Assembly (NCBI GenBank): GCA_951406725.2
Contig: OX597824.1
Location: forward strand, 84,444,001-84,508,000
From: Octopus vulgaris
Lineage: Eukaryota
Length of the DNA: 64,000 nt
Reading direction: 5' to 3'
The notes below the pieces were generated by a model that worked only from the letters and a program-made list of their open reading frames with translations, was not told the origin of the DNA and ran no database searches. Position numbers and translations under genes: made by a program. Below are positions 28,140 to 42,494 of this stretch, in pieces (within the stretch, counting starts at the first letter, position 1; each line of letters begins with the position of its first letter).

Positions 28140-28322
28140 TGGTATAATTTAATTTTTCATTATTGAATTGATAAAAGGTGTTTTTTTTCTAATTTATATA
28201 TAAATAGTAAAAGAGTAAAAAGAGTAAAAAGAGTAAAAGAGTATATATATTATATTTTGTGAAATTTGATTTAGTATTTCTAAATTGAATTTTTCCCTGT
28301 AAGTTTGGAATAATATTCCCTC

Positions 28323-28393
<71 letters not shown>

Positions 28394-28515
28394 GTGTGTA
28401 TATATATATATATATATATGTATGTATAGGGAGAATTCACAAAAAAACAAAAGACAAAGACAGGTGGTGTAGACAACAAACATGTATTAGTTTAACGCTT
28501 GGGAAGGGAAAAAGT

Positions 28516-28551
28516 CTTTAATGTTTCGAGCTTACGCTCTTACACAGAAAG
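28516..28551 (-). ncRNA. Degenerate hammerhead remnant in a Penelope-like fragment (~28427-28670)
   Basis: CUUU-CUGUGUA-A-GAGC-GUAA-GCUC-GAAA-CAUU-AAAG: helices intact, core mutated. Confidence 0.5.
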
Positions 28552-28699
28552 AAACAAGGAGAGAAAATAAAGAATGCGTAGTGGCTAGCGATCTATCGTG
28601 GCGAATGTCGGACAGAAGGGTCACACCGGAGAGCTAGGAAGAAGAGGAAATAATAAAGTAGTGGTGATCCTAAAACTATATGTATAGTTAGTTTGTTAA

Positions 28700-28890
28700 T
28701 TCCTTCTGTGCCATGAGGCACATGGGGCCACAATACAATCTCTCCAGTCAGTTCTGTTTACTGTAACTGTTCTGGTCTCATTCAAGCTTGTCCACCTATC
28801 TTGTTTCCTTTCCTTGCCAATAGCCCCTCACTATCTGATTTTAAGGCATCCTGCTGTTCTTTTCCCTCCTGGCTGCCATTTTGGTGTCAT
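28700..28890 (-). mobile_element. Old RTE-like 3' coding remnant of a different family
   Basis: Remnant peptides WQPGGKRTAG and NRTDWRDCIVAPCASWHR resemble RTE C-termini. Confidence 0.5.
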
Positions 28891-29241
28891 CATACAATCG
28901 CTTTTTTGATCTCATCTGAGGACGTATCTAATTTAGTTTCAGCATCTGCATCCTATTTCGTCATTGATCCTGTTGATGCTTGTTGAAATCTCAATTGTGG
29001 GACTCTACCGAATCTTGATTTCAAGTGTTCTCTCCAGGACATGTGTGTGTGTGTGTGTAGGAAGTAATATGATAAACACTGGCGCAGGAGTGGCTGTGTG
29101 GTAAGTAGCTTGCTTACCAACCACATGGTTCTGGTTTTAGTTCCACTGCGTGGCACCTTCGGCAAGTGTCTTTTGCTATAGCCTCAGGCCGACCAAAACC
29201 GTGTGAGTGGATTTGGTAGATGGAAACAGAAAGAAGCCCAT

Positions 29242-29287
<46 letters not shown>

Positions 29288-29387
29288 TAATCCAAACATG
29301 AAAAGACAAAGAGAAAACACAACAACGTGAGGATATGGAACAAGTATAGTGTTATTGGACGCTCAGGAAAGGAAAGAAAGAAGGAGG

Positions 29388-29422
29388 ATTTAATGTTTCG
29401 AGCGGAGCTCTTCGTCAGAAAC
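29388..29422 (-). ncRNA. Minimal hammerhead motif in a Penelope-like fragment (29283-29500)
   Basis: GUUU-CUGACGA-A-GAGC-UCC-GCUC-GAAA-CAUU-AAAU. Confidence 0.7.
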
Positions 29423-29792
29423 ATAGGAAAAGGAAAGATCCAAGGAAAGGAAGATGGAGGAAAAATAATTGTGAATGATACACACGCGGTCACATTTTGA
29501 ATCAATATATATGTTTGTGTGTCTGTGTTTGTTCCCCTACCATCACTTGACAACTGATGCTGGTGTGTTTACGTTCCTGTAACTTAGTAGTTCTGTAAAA
29601 GAGACCGATAGAAAGAATAAGTACTAGTCTTTCAAACAATAAGTTCTGGAGTCGAATGTCTTGATTAAAGGTGATGCTCCAGCATGGTCGCAGCCAAATG
29701 ACTGAAACAAGTAATAGAGTAAAGTATGCTGCTGAATGCCGTAGTAACCACATCATTTTACTGGAAGTATACAGGATGGTAATCTTCCACAT

Positions 29793-30073
29793 CAGTGGGT
29801 CCCAAAGTGGGTGGTGCTGTCCCCAACACCGGGGGGGGGGGGGCACTGAAGAAAAGTGGGGGCAATAACGGGGTGGCCAAAAGGGGACAGTGAATGTAAA
29901 AAAAAAAAAAAACCCAAATAATGGGTTAATTAGGTTAAGTTTTATTTGTGAAATGCAGTTGTTTTGAATTTGCTGCAGAAAGTGGTGTATGTTTGTGGTG
30001 GTAATTGGATGCTAGGAATGTGGCCTGGGTGCCTAGTGGGGTGGGTGACAACCCAAAAAAGCTTGGGAACTAT
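29793..30073. mobile_element. Degenerate hAT/Charlie-like MITE
   Basis: Ends CAGTGGGTCCCAAA ... TTGGGAACTA resemble CAGTGGTTCCCAA-type TIRs. Confidence 0.55.
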
Positions 30074-30189
30074 TTCTCTACATAAAGCTCCAAATTCACC
30101 AGTAGCACTTGCACAGCTAATTGTACACGCAGGAAATGCTATGTATGTATGAATGTATGCATGTACATATATATATATGTGTGTATATA

Positions 30190-30250
<61 letters not shown>

Positions 30251-30466
30251 CAGTGAGCTGGCAGAAATGTTAGCACACCAGGCGATAGGTATTTCATCAG
30301 CCGTTACGTTGTGAGTTCAAATTCCGCCAAGGTCAACTTTGCCTTTCATCCTTTCGGGGTCGATTAAATAAGCACCAGTTACACACTGGGGTCGATATAA
30401 TCGACTTAATCTGTTTGTCTGTCTTTGTTTGTCCTCTCTGTGTTTAGCTCCTTGTGAGTAGTAAAA

Positions 30467-30548
<82 letters not shown>

Positions 30549-31038
30549 GTGGGTGTACAGGACCTCCAAGAAATATTTGGTCAGTCAAAAGAAAACTGCT
30601 TTCAGAACCCGAGAAAGCCCCTTCTTGGCTCTCCACACCAAGATTGAAGTGGTGCTGAATCACCCCCACTCATTTTACACCCTATGTGTGTGTGTGTGTG
30701 TGTGTGTATTAGGTGCAGACATAGCTATGTGGTTAAAGAGTTTGCTTCCTAACTAAATGATTTCAAGTTCAGTCCCACTGTGTGACACCTTAGGCAGGTA
30801 TTTTTGTACTATAGCCCCAGGCTGGCCAAAGCTTTGTGAGTGGATTTACCAGACAGAAACTCAAGCAGCCCACCATATACATTTGTATGTATATATATAT
30901 CTATGTAAATATACATATACAATAAGTACTAGGGGTTGCTTTGTTCAATTAATATTCTTCAAGGCGGTGCCCCAGAATGGCCGTAGTCAAATGACTGAAA
31001 CAAGAAAAAGATTGAAGACAAAAATATATATAATATAA

Positions 31039-31436
31039 TCTTTATATATAAAACTGTAGTTGTGTGAGTGTCTGTCTCCTACGATTTAGATTCCTAACTA
31101 CTCCCACATTTTGCGGTGCAGTTTAACCAAAACCGGGTATCTTATAGTCGTGATTCATATCGAGCCCTTCTGGGTATTAGCGCGCATCTACGATGAGTCT
31201 ACGATTTAAAAAAAATTTACCATCATTTTTTTCCATTTTAATGCATTTTTCGCTATTATATAAGGGAAGTAATTCTCTAAAATGTCTACGATGAGTCAAC
31301 GATTTAAAAAAAAAATTACCATAATTTTTTTTCCATTTTTAATGCATTTTTTGCTATTTTTTGGCTATAACTCTCTAAAAATGCTTATATAGTTATTTCC
31401 CTTACAAACCCGAGCAACGCCGGGCGATACTGCTAG
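31039..31436 (+). mobile_element. Non-autonomous Helitron
   Basis: A|TC 5' end, subterminal hairpin CCCGAGCAACGCCGGG (31409-31424), CTAG|T 3' end, no TSD. Confidence 0.9.
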
Positions 31437-31895
31437 TGTAATATAATATAAAATTGTTTGTTTCTATCAGCATGCAATATGTCCTTGCCACTAGCACCCT
31501 TGTTTATATATGATGGCCTAAATAACTCAGATCTCTTTTGTAATTAGGTCAGACTTTCTACATAAATCAACTTACATTTAGCTCTTCTTCATTTTTCAGT
31601 TTTATTTTTTTTTTAAATTTCGTTTTTCAACCTCCACTAATTAATTTGCTAATACCTCTTCCTCGTTCTCCCGCCTTCGTCTCTCTCTGTTCCTCATTCC
31701 TCTTTCTTCTTTCCTCTTCCCTGTCTGTCTTTCTCTCTCTCACTCTCTCTCTTTCTCTCTCTCTCTCTCTATCTATCTATCTATGCAAAATGGTTTTAAA
31801 TTGGAGTTTTAAATAAGAACTTTAACAGCCCTATCCCTAACCTTCCCCTAAATTATTAATTTCCTTTTCAATGTTTCTGTCTGTCTATCTATCTG

Positions 31896-31930
<35 letters not shown>

Positions 31931-31975
31931 GTCTGTCTATCTATCTATCTATCTATCTATCTGTCTGTCTGTCTA

Positions 31976-32121
<146 letters not shown>

Positions 32122-32747
32122 CTAAATGGTTTTAAATTGGAGATTTACATAAATAAACCTTCCCTTAAAATTCCCTAACCTTCCCCTAAAATTATTAATT
32201 TTATTTCAATGTTTCTGCCTGTCTATCTATCTGTCTGTCTGTCTGTCTTTTAACTTGTTTCTCTATTTGTCAGTATGACTATCTGTTTGTCAGTCTATCT
32301 ATCTGTCTTCCTGTCCATCCAGCTGTCTCTCTGTTTGTCAATCTGTCTATCCGTTTGTCTGCCTGTCCATCTATATGTCCGTCTGTTTATCTATTCATCC
32401 ATCCATCCATCCATCTATGCTTTATTTTCTATTCTATTTTTTGAAATTTGCTGAAGGCAAGCATTGTAATTTATTTTAATATACCACTATCGCCACCACC
32501 GTCACCGTCATTTCTAATTGCCCTCCTTTCCTCCTTTTTATTTATTCATTTATCAACAATATCACCACCACCACCACCACCACCACCACCACCATCACCA
32601 TCATCATCATCATCATCATCATTACCATCATTGTTCATTACTGCTTTCATCATTGTTGTCATCCTTCCCTTCCCCTTCCTCCTCCTCTTCATTATCATCA
32701 TCATCATCATCATCATCATTATTATTATCATTATTAAGGCGGTAAGC

Positions 32748-33005
32748 GGAGGCGTGCGGCTTAGTGGTTAGGGTGTCAGCATCATGATCGTAAGATTGTG
32801 GTTTCGATTCCTGGACCGGGCGACGCGTTGTGTTCTTGAGCAAAACACTTCATTTCACGTTGCTCCAGTCCACTCAGCTGGCAAAAATGAGTAACGCTGC
32901 GATGGACTGGCGTCCCATCCAGGTGGTGAATTTCTACACCACTGAAACTGGGAAACCGGCCCTTATGAGCCTGGCATGGCTCGAGAAGGAAAGAAGGAAG
33001 GAACA
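32748..33005 (+). mobile_element. tRNA-derived SINE, head 1 + tail X
   Basis: GGCTTAGTGGTTAGG...GTTTCGATTCC head, CTGCGATGGACTGGCGTCCCATCCAGG domain, CCCTTATGAGCC-GGCATGGCTCGAGAAGG tail. Inverted copy near 39880-40110. Confidence 0.85.
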
Positions 33006-33218
33006 AGCACATAGCTTGGGGTTCAGAGAGGGAGCTAAGAGTGAGTATGAGTATGATGGAGGAAACAAAGTGATTGGTGCCAGGACAACTGGATGTAATG
33101 CCAGAAACACCTTCTCAAATTAATAAACATATCAATCAAACACAGGGGTTGATATTATAAAATGTATCCACCCCTTCAAATTCCTAGTCTTGTGTCTAGG
33201 TTATAAACCTTGTTTATG

Positions 33219-33390
33219 ATGGTTGTATACTGTCAATCTAACGTGAATGTGACAGTAGGGGGTTACACCACCGCTGTTTAGCCCTAGGAAGCATCGACGC
33301 ATATCTCTATGGTGTAACCTCCTAGGGCTAAACAGCGGTGGTGTAACCCCCTACTGTCACGTTCACGTTAGATTGACAGTATACAACCAT
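33219..33390. repeat. 71-bp inverted repeat, 30-bp spacer
   Basis: 33219-33289 vs 33320-33390, one mismatch. Confidence 0.95.
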
Positions 33391-36061
33391 TCTATTGCCC
33401 CACCACCGTACATATCTCTATGAGAGATTTAGAAATCTAATATTTCTTGTTTATGATGATGTGATTAAAGTGGAAAAAATACAAACTGCTTTAATCACCA
33501 TCATTATCATCAACATGATAATACAACTTTAGTTGTATATTGGTTTCAAATTCTGGCACAAGGCCAGCAATTTTTGTGGGTGGGAGCCAGTTGATTATAT
33601 TGACTCCAATGCTCAACAGGTACTTATTTTATCAATTTGAATAGGATGAAAGGCAAAACTGATTGCGGCGGAATTTGAACTCAGAACATAAAAACAGACG
33701 AAATGCCACTAAGTGTGCACCCAGCATGCAACCGATTCTGCTCAGCTTGCCGCCTTTACTTTAGTTGTATATTGATCCAGTTTTATTCACCTTGCTCCAC
33801 ATTTGATTCCTGGTTCAGTTTATATCTACTTCCTGGTTCCTGCTCTGTCTATGTCTTTATAAATACACATTTCATTGAAGAAATAACTTCCAGCCAGCAA
33901 CTGTTTCTCTTTTATTAGCATTACAATATTGTACTTTACAATATTGATCTAAAGTCTTTAATAAAAATAGATGAACGAACTGTAAATGTTGGCAGCATTC
34001 AAAACAATTGCACTTTTAACGGCACAACTAATAACTCGCCTATAAATGTCTTAAATTCACACAGATTATTTATCACCAATAGCGGCTAACTGGCTTCCGT
34101 GCCGGTGGCACATAAAAGGCACCATTCGAGCGTGATCGTTACCTGTGTCGCCTTACTGTCACCTGTGCTGGTGGCATGTGTAAAAAGATTTGAGCGTGAT
34201 CATTACCAGCATCGCCTGACTGGTCCCCGTGCCGGTGGCACGTGAAAAGCACCCACTACACTCTCGGAGTGGTTGGCGTTAGGAAGGGCATCCAGCTGTA
34301 GAAACCCTGCCAGATCAAGATTGGAGCCTGATGCAGCCATCTGGTTTGCCAACTCTCAGACAGGATCATCCAACCCATGCTAGCATGGAAAGCAGACGTT
34401 AAATGATGATGATGATGAACACAACCTATAAGACAGAATAAATGCTTGCAAATGAAGGATGTTTTTTTTAAAGGATAGGGACATATGCTAGCTTTTACTG
34501 GGGCTTTATTCATGCCACCAGCACTACTGAGCAGTTTTCAAGACTACACTGCATGGTGACCTCACTCAGTATATGCCAGAAAGTAGTTGGCATTAGGAAG
34601 GACATCTAGTTATAGAAATCATACTACTAAAGCTGACACTGGAACATGATACAGACCTTGAGCCTGCTGGATCTTGTCAAAATGTCCAACCTATGCCAGC
34701 ATGAAACATGGACATTAAACGACGACGACAATGACGGATGTGACTTTTATGTCATTAATTTGTATGTCTTGTGACTCATAAGTGTTGTCACAAGATAAGC
34801 ACTATGGCTAACAGGAATTTATTTTATGGCTTTATGGATTGTTAAAAGGAAGTTTTATAAAATTACTGTTTCGGTTATAAGGTTTCGTTTTTTTGCCTTT
34901 ATGGGCTTTTAGAGAACTTTCATCCATGGGTGATTTCAAATTTAAATGCTGTCAAAAAGTTCCCCAAAACTGCTCTACATTGTTGTTTGATTTGCTAGAG
35001 ATAGTGCCATACATCCTTCAAATTATGCACCACTATCTTAATAACAAAAAAGAACATTAGAAAAGGTCATTTCCAACCTGCTCCTTAAATTGATGTAGTG
35101 GTCATGGATGTAACACATTTGATGGTTTCTAATTTAGGTGCAAGGTCAGCAAATTTGAGCAAAGGGAATCATTTGATACCATTGACCAGAGTTCTTGATT
35201 GCCACTTCATTTTACCATTTCCAAAGGGATGAAAGGCAAAGTAGACTTTGATGGAATTTGAACTCTGAACATAAAAAGACCCTGAAGAAATACTACAATG
35301 TATTTTCTCCAAAATTCTACCAATTTAAACAATTATGAATTGTTTCTTTGCAATATGTTGATGTGGACAAGACAGTGAACTGGCAGTCATTACCATGCTG
35401 GTAAAAGTGGAATTTCTTCTGACTTCACATTCTGAGTTCAAATTCCACCTAGGTCAACTTTGTCTTTCATCCTTTCAGGGTTGATAAAATAAGTACCAGC
35501 TGTACACTGGGGTTGATGTAATTGACTTACATGCTCCCCTGAATTTTCTGACCTTATTTCATAATTAAAACCAATATGTAGTCAATAAAAAATTGAATAA
35601 AGCATAGTTGAAGATATTGTCTAATCCTACTTACCTTACATACGATAATCCTTGTCTGACACACACAAGCATACACAAGCACACACATACACAAGCACAT
35701 GCTTACACAAGCTCAGACATACACACTCACACACATACATTAAACATACACTCACATAATTATACATACATACACATATTCACAGCCTGGTTATGATATT
35801 CATAGTTTCTATCGAAGTATGACAAAACCTGATAAGTTTGATGTCACAATCATGTGAATGTTAGAGCTCTCACAAACTTTTAGAGTGAAGTTAAATGAAT
35901 CCTCTATATTGAGATAATTAATTCATATATTCTTCAGAGTGTCACGACCTCATCTGATTAAGCTCATTTGGATTTGTCTGACTCAGTCATACTACTCATC
36001 ATAATGTTTAATGTCTTCAAAATTCTGCCAGCTTGCCTTCACCTTGTCTATAGTGTTGTGT

Positions 36062-36440
36062 GGAGGCGCAATGGCCCACTGGTTAGGACAGCAGACAGGC
36101 AGTCATAGGATCGCAGTTTCGATTCCCAAACCGGGCGTTGTGAGTGTTTATTGAGCGAAAACACTTAAAGCTCCACAAGGCTCTGGCAAAGGGTGGTGGA
36201 GAACCCTGCTGCACTTTTTCACCACAACTTTCTCTCACTCTTTCTTCCTATTTCTGTTGTACCTGTATTTCAAAGTGCCAACCTTGTCACACACTGTGTC
36301 ACGCTGAATCCCCCTGAGAACTACGTTAAGAGTACACATGTCTGTGGAGTGTTCAGCCACTTGCACGTTTATTTCACGAGCAAGCTGTTCCATTGATTGG
36401 ATCAACTGAAACCCTCGTCACCGCAAACGACGGAGTGCCA
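36062..36440 (+). mobile_element. tRNA-derived SINE, head 2 + tail E
   Basis: GGAGGCGCAATGGCC head, CCACAACTTTCTCTCACTC body, CTGAGAACTACGTTAAG...GACGGAGTGCCA tail. Confidence 0.85.
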
Positions 36441-36721
36441 TAGTGTGGTGTTGTTGTGTTGGATCAGAGCTGTCCTGAGAACTAAACAAAAGCAACAAAA
36501 CACAACTTAGTTTTCTCTCTTCCTTAAGATGAATTATGTAATATTTTCCTACAGGGATCCTTGTCAAATGTTAAGTTGGAAAGCTAATGGCTCGAGGGTT
36601 TTTTTTTCTCTTTTTTTTGTAATTTCCTCCATCCCCTTGCTACCTTATTCAACTTGTCTAACATTTAACAAATACGAAACTGATGTGTTTGTATGTGTGC
36701 CTGCGTGCATACATGAGTGCA

Positions 36722-36752
<31 letters not shown>

Positions 36753-37644
36753 GGACAGACAGGAAACTTGACAGTAGGCGAACAGACAGGAAATGTAACT
36801 ACAGTCAGGCACACAGGGAAATATCAGTTATATAAACTGGTATTGAATCTCTTCTCTCACTTCACCAACATGATTACTCTCTGTCAACATTACCTCACTA
36901 CATACCAGTTCTGTGTGTGCATTTCTGTTTGCCTGTGTGGCATAGTGTGTGCGTGTACATGCGTGTGTGTCTGTGTGTCATCACAGACCTTTAATAAGGT
37001 CATGATACCATCATTATATTCAGTTATCTTCTCTATGATGTGTCCTATCTCAATGGAAACAAACTGAAGACTGTAAATTCACTTGAATTTACAAAGGATT
37101 TTTTTTTGAAAAATATTTACTTTTATCTGCCATAAACTATTTTATACCTGTGACCTAGTGACATTTCAGTTGTTGCTGACGTTGATGTCATCTTTGTCAT
37201 CATCGTCATCATCATCGTCATCGCTGCTGTTATTGTTCAGCTCTAGATCGTCCTCGATTCAGGAAACCTATCAACCTATCATCAAAGATGCTCTGGTTGT
37301 CAGCATCCCATCTTTTATTCAGATGCTGCATATCCAAGACTACGTTATCTAATGTCAAATACTCTTTTACTCTTTTTACTCTTTTACTTGTTTCAGTCAT
37401 TTGACTGCGGCCATGCTGGAGCACCGCCTTTTAGTCGAGCAAATCGACCCCAGGACTTATTCTTTGTAAGACCAGTACTTATTCTATCGGTCTCTTTTGC
37501 CGAACCGCTAAGTGATAGGGACGTAAACACACCAGCATCAGTTGTCAAGCAATGCTAAGGGGACAAACACAGATACACAAACACACACACACACATATAT
37601 ATGACAGGCTTCTTTCAGTTTCCATCTACCAAATCCACTCACAA

Positions 37645-37698
<54 letters not shown>

Positions 37699-38035
37699 TG
37701 TATGTATGTGCGTGCATATACATTTGTGTGTCTGTGTTTGTACCCCCAGCAAAACTTGACAACTGATGCTGGTGTATAATACCAACAAAAATACTACCAA
37801 ACAACTTTTTTTTTTTGATGTTTTAATGATTTTGCCAGGCTACAAACCTATTGAGAAAGGACATTGGTAATTAATAGTAAACTCCAGTATATAACAGGTA
37901 CTTGCATACGAACCACATGGTTCCAGGTTCAGTCCCACTGCATGGCACCTTGGGCAAGTGTCTTCTACTATAGCCTCAGGCCAACCAAAGCCTTGTGAGT
38001 GGATTTGGTAGACGGAAACTGAAAGAAGCCTGTCG

Positions 38036-38066
<31 letters not shown>

Positions 38067-40702
38067 ATATACGTTTGTGTGTCTGTGTTTGTCCCCCCAA
38101 CATTGCTTGACAACTGATGCTGGTGTATTTACGTCCCTGTAATTTAGTGGTTCAGCAAAAGAGACCGATAGGATAAGTACTAGGCTTACAAAGAATAAGT
38201 CCTAGGGTCGATTTGCTCGACTAAAGGCAGTGCTCCAGCATGGCCACAGTCAAATGACTGAAACAAGTGAAAGAGTAAAAGAGAGTGGAGGAGATGAAGC
38301 TGTAATAAATTTCACTAGGATTTATTCTCAGAATTTAAAGAGGGATAACTAAATGTCACTTAGCATCTACAAATTTTAGCAATGAAAGTGTTTCCTCACC
38401 ATTTATACATGAATTAATCAAATTGATTACAAAATCTTACATCATTGGAAGCTGGTCAGTATATTTGACTTCTATCTCTAAAACTCAGAAGAAAAACCAG
38501 GTTGTACATATATATATTTGAGTATGTGTGTGAGTGTGTGTGTGTTGTATTCAATTTTTGGCATGTGCTATATATAATAAATCTCTTCTTGGAAAAATCT
38601 CAACATCAATTTTCAATCAATCATTTATTTATGTATATTCATATATTCATATTTTTTTTAGTTATTTTCGTGGCTGTGTGGTAACAAGGTTGTTTCCTAA
38701 TCACATGGTTCCAGGTTCAATCCCACTGCAAGGCACCTTGGATAAGTGTTTTCTACTATAGCTTCAGGTTGATCAAAGCCTTGTGAGTGGATTTGGTGGG
38801 TGGAAATTGAAAGAAACCCATTATGTATTTTTGTGTGTGTGTGTTTGTCCCTCTGTACCTCTTGACAACCAGTGTTGGTGTGTTTACTTCTCCATAACTT
38901 AACAGTTCAGCTAAGGAGACCAGTAGAATAAATGCCTGGCTTGAAAAAAGAAAAGCACTGGGATTGATTCATTCAACTAAAAATTCTTCAAGTCAGTGCC
39001 CCAGCATGGCCACAGTCAAATGGCTGAAACAAGTGAAGGAGCAAACATAATAAAGCATTGGTCTTATTTCTTAGTGAGGACCCGTGAAGGCTATGGACTC
39101 AACCTATTCCTCTGGACCAAAGCATTAAATTAATCCTAATCCAGAATGGTTGGTTTTACGAAGGACATCTAGTTGTAGAAACCATGCCAAATCAGACTGG
39201 AGCCTGGTGCAGCCCTGGTCAAACCATCCAACACATGCCAGCATGGACAACAGCCATTCAAGAATTTGGACCTGGAGATCTCCATTTCCAGCAACTTCGA
39301 GGGCCACCTCCCAGTGGTGTCAGGTGTCAACGAAGAGCACTCGACTACAACAAGACGACCAAAGTTTTTTTTTTCTCAAGGCCTGGGGTCTCCCGCCCCT
39401 AAGCCCTAGACCATCACCTGATCATCCTTACAAAGGATGTTGTTTGCATGATGGTGGACCTTGTTTACTGTCGCATGAAGTCAAGGAACGGTGACAATAA
39501 CAACACACACATTTACAGGCTTATAGTAGATGACACTTGGTCATGCAGTGGGACCGAACCCGGAAATATGTGGTTGGGAAGCAAGCTTCTTACCACACAG
39601 TCTGTACATTTTAAGACTAGACATTTCCAGGCTTCATCCTTTTCGTCTCTCATTCTTTAGGTGTTGCTATTGTTGTTGTTGTTGTTGTTGTTTAGCCTGG
39701 ATGCATCCATGATTAAGCAAACTTATGGTTAAAGTCATTCCACCTTTGACCTAGGCATAGTATACCTTGGACTTCATTATGCTTGACTTTATTATCTCGC
39801 AGCCCCAAGACTTTGATGATGTGAATGTTAATTTTTTAGACTGACATTGTAAGAATTAGTTAAAGATTAAAGGCTTCCTTTTAGAGTCATGCTGATTCAT
39901 AAGGGCTGATTTCTCTGTTGTCCAGGCGTGTATATTCCCCACTTGGATAGGATACCTGCCCATCGCAGGATTACTCATTTTAGCCACCTAAGTGGACTGG
40001 AGTAACGTAAAATGAAGTGTTTTGCTCAAGAACACAACACATCACCCGGTCCAGGAATCGAAACCGAAATCTTACTATCAAGAGTCCAACACCCTAACCG
40101 CAAAGCATGCATCTCTGATATTGTAGGGTAGGCATGAGAGGCCAAATCTAGCCATTTTGAACACAAAATGGGTAGAATATTTGGGCTGGGTATGACTAGT
40201 TTAAATGCTAAAAGATTAAGAGTGCTTTCACTGCTATTTCAAGCAATTTGAGCAACAATGTATAGACCTCCCTTGTCTTGTTCTTCAAGTGTTAAATAAA
40301 TATATACTAGGAATTCAATAAATTTTCCTCTTGGACTGTTCTTAATTTTGTGCCAATATAGGAAATAATTACGAAATGTTTATGAATGGCACTTGATGTT
40401 CAATAATAATACTTTGAACTATTTACAATATTTCAATATCTTAACCATTGTAACTTTAAAATATTTTAATATCTTTGACTCCTCAACTTTATATGTGGAG
40501 TCAAGATGTTTAATATGTTGACCACCATATCATCATCATTGTTTTAATGCCCACTTTTCATGCTTGCATGGGTCAGAGGATTTGTTGAGGCAAATTTTCA
40601 ACTGCTGGATGCCCTTGCTGTCATCAACCCTCAACTATTTTCAAGAAATGGTAATATTTTCTTGATGCCACAGAAAACTGGAAATCAGTGTAAGTGCATT
40701 TA

Positions 40703-40763
<61 letters not shown>

Positions 40764-41149
40764 TGTGTTTACTTTTGCCTTGACATAGTGTGATGATTGT
40801 AAACCAGCATCACCATTGTACAAATGAAGTTGTTTGTTTCCAGTCCTCTGTGACAAACGTATCTGGTCATGAAGAAATATTACCTTGCCTGGAAACAGCT
40901 GATGGTTGGCAGCAGGAAGAGCATCTGGCCATAAAAGTTTGCCTTGATGAATTCTGTCTGACCCGTGCAAACATGGAAAAATGGATGTTAATTTGTGTAT
41001 GTGTGCATGTATATTTGTGTGTGTATGCACACATGTATGTTTGAGTGCATGTGTGTGTGTATGATTGTGTGTGTGCATGTATGTTTGTGTGCATCTATGT
41101 TTGTGTGTGTATGTGTGTGCATGTATGTTTGTGTGTGTGTGCATGTTTA

Positions 41150-41186
<37 letters not shown>

Positions 41187-41464
41187 ACTTTATTTCACAT
41201 TGCTCCAGTTCACTCAGCTGGTAAAAATTAGTAGTGCCTACATTTCAAAAGGCTAGGCTCATCACACTCTGTGTCATGCTGAATCTCCCTGAGAACTACA
41301 TTAAGGGTATGCACATCTGTGGAATACTCAGCCACTTGCATGTTAATTTCATGTGTAGGCTGTTCTGTTGATCAGATCAACTGGAACCCTTACCAGTGTA
41401 ACCGACAGAATGCCAGTTTGTGTGTGTGTGTGTGTGTTTATCATGTGTAACGTAGGTGATTAGA

Positions 41465-42113
41465 TGTTATTTGCAACAAGGTTTTGTTTAGTCATTTCAC
41501 CAACTGTCCACATCAGCATATTGGAGGGAAATGATTCATAATTGTTTAAATTGCTTTCTGATATGCTTTCAGATAATCAAGAAGTATTTGACCTTAATTA
41601 GCAAGTCATCAAGCATGAATTGGTGGGAGAGTTTTGTTTTGTAGTTCAAGAGAAGGAATTTGGACATATGAGCCATCTTTCCCCAACACCACACACACAT
41701 ACACTTATGTATATACAAAATTGTCTCTTTTCAGCTTACACCCACTCAACATTATAGTCATCTTGTATTGCAATGTAAATTATTAATGCCCCATATTGTT
41801 ATTTGCAACAAGGTGTGATTTCACCAACTGTCCACATCAGCATATTGGAGGGAAATGATTCATAATTGTTTAAATTGCTTTCTGATATAGATAATCAAGA
41901 AGTATTTGACCTTAATTAGCAAGTCATCAAGCATGAATTGGTGGGAGAGTTTTGTTTTGTAGTTCAAGAGAAGGAATTTGGACATATGAGCCATCTTTCC
42001 CCAACACCACACACATACACTTATGTATATACAAAATTGTCTCTTTTCAGCTTACACCCACTCAACATTATAGTCATCTTGTATTGCAATGTAAATTATT
42101 AATGCCCCATATT
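41465..42113. repeat. Tandem duplication of ~320-330 bp of otherwise unique sequence
   Basis: Units start at 41465 and 41797 and differ by a few small indels. Confidence 0.95.
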
Positions 42114-42450
42114 GGCTGTGAATGGAAAATCTTGTTAAGCTCATTATTATTATTATTATTCATATATACACAACATATTAGACTGTCAGAAAAGAAAGAT
42201 TCCTAACATCTGGCTACAACAAGTAACATTAGATGCCAAGAACTCTCCTAAGTATTTTAGCTGTCCCTAATAACACTGTTTTCTGAAGCTGTACTAATCT
42301 GGGTTTTATGCCTATTTCCTCTATCCATCTGTTCAGATCTTTAGGGATAGTTCCCAAAGCACCTAGAACTACTGGGATTCATTTTACCCACACTTACCAT
42401 AGTCTCTGTAATTCAATGACTAGGTTCTGGTACTTTGCTATTTTTTGTTG

Positions 42451-42494
<44 letters not shown>

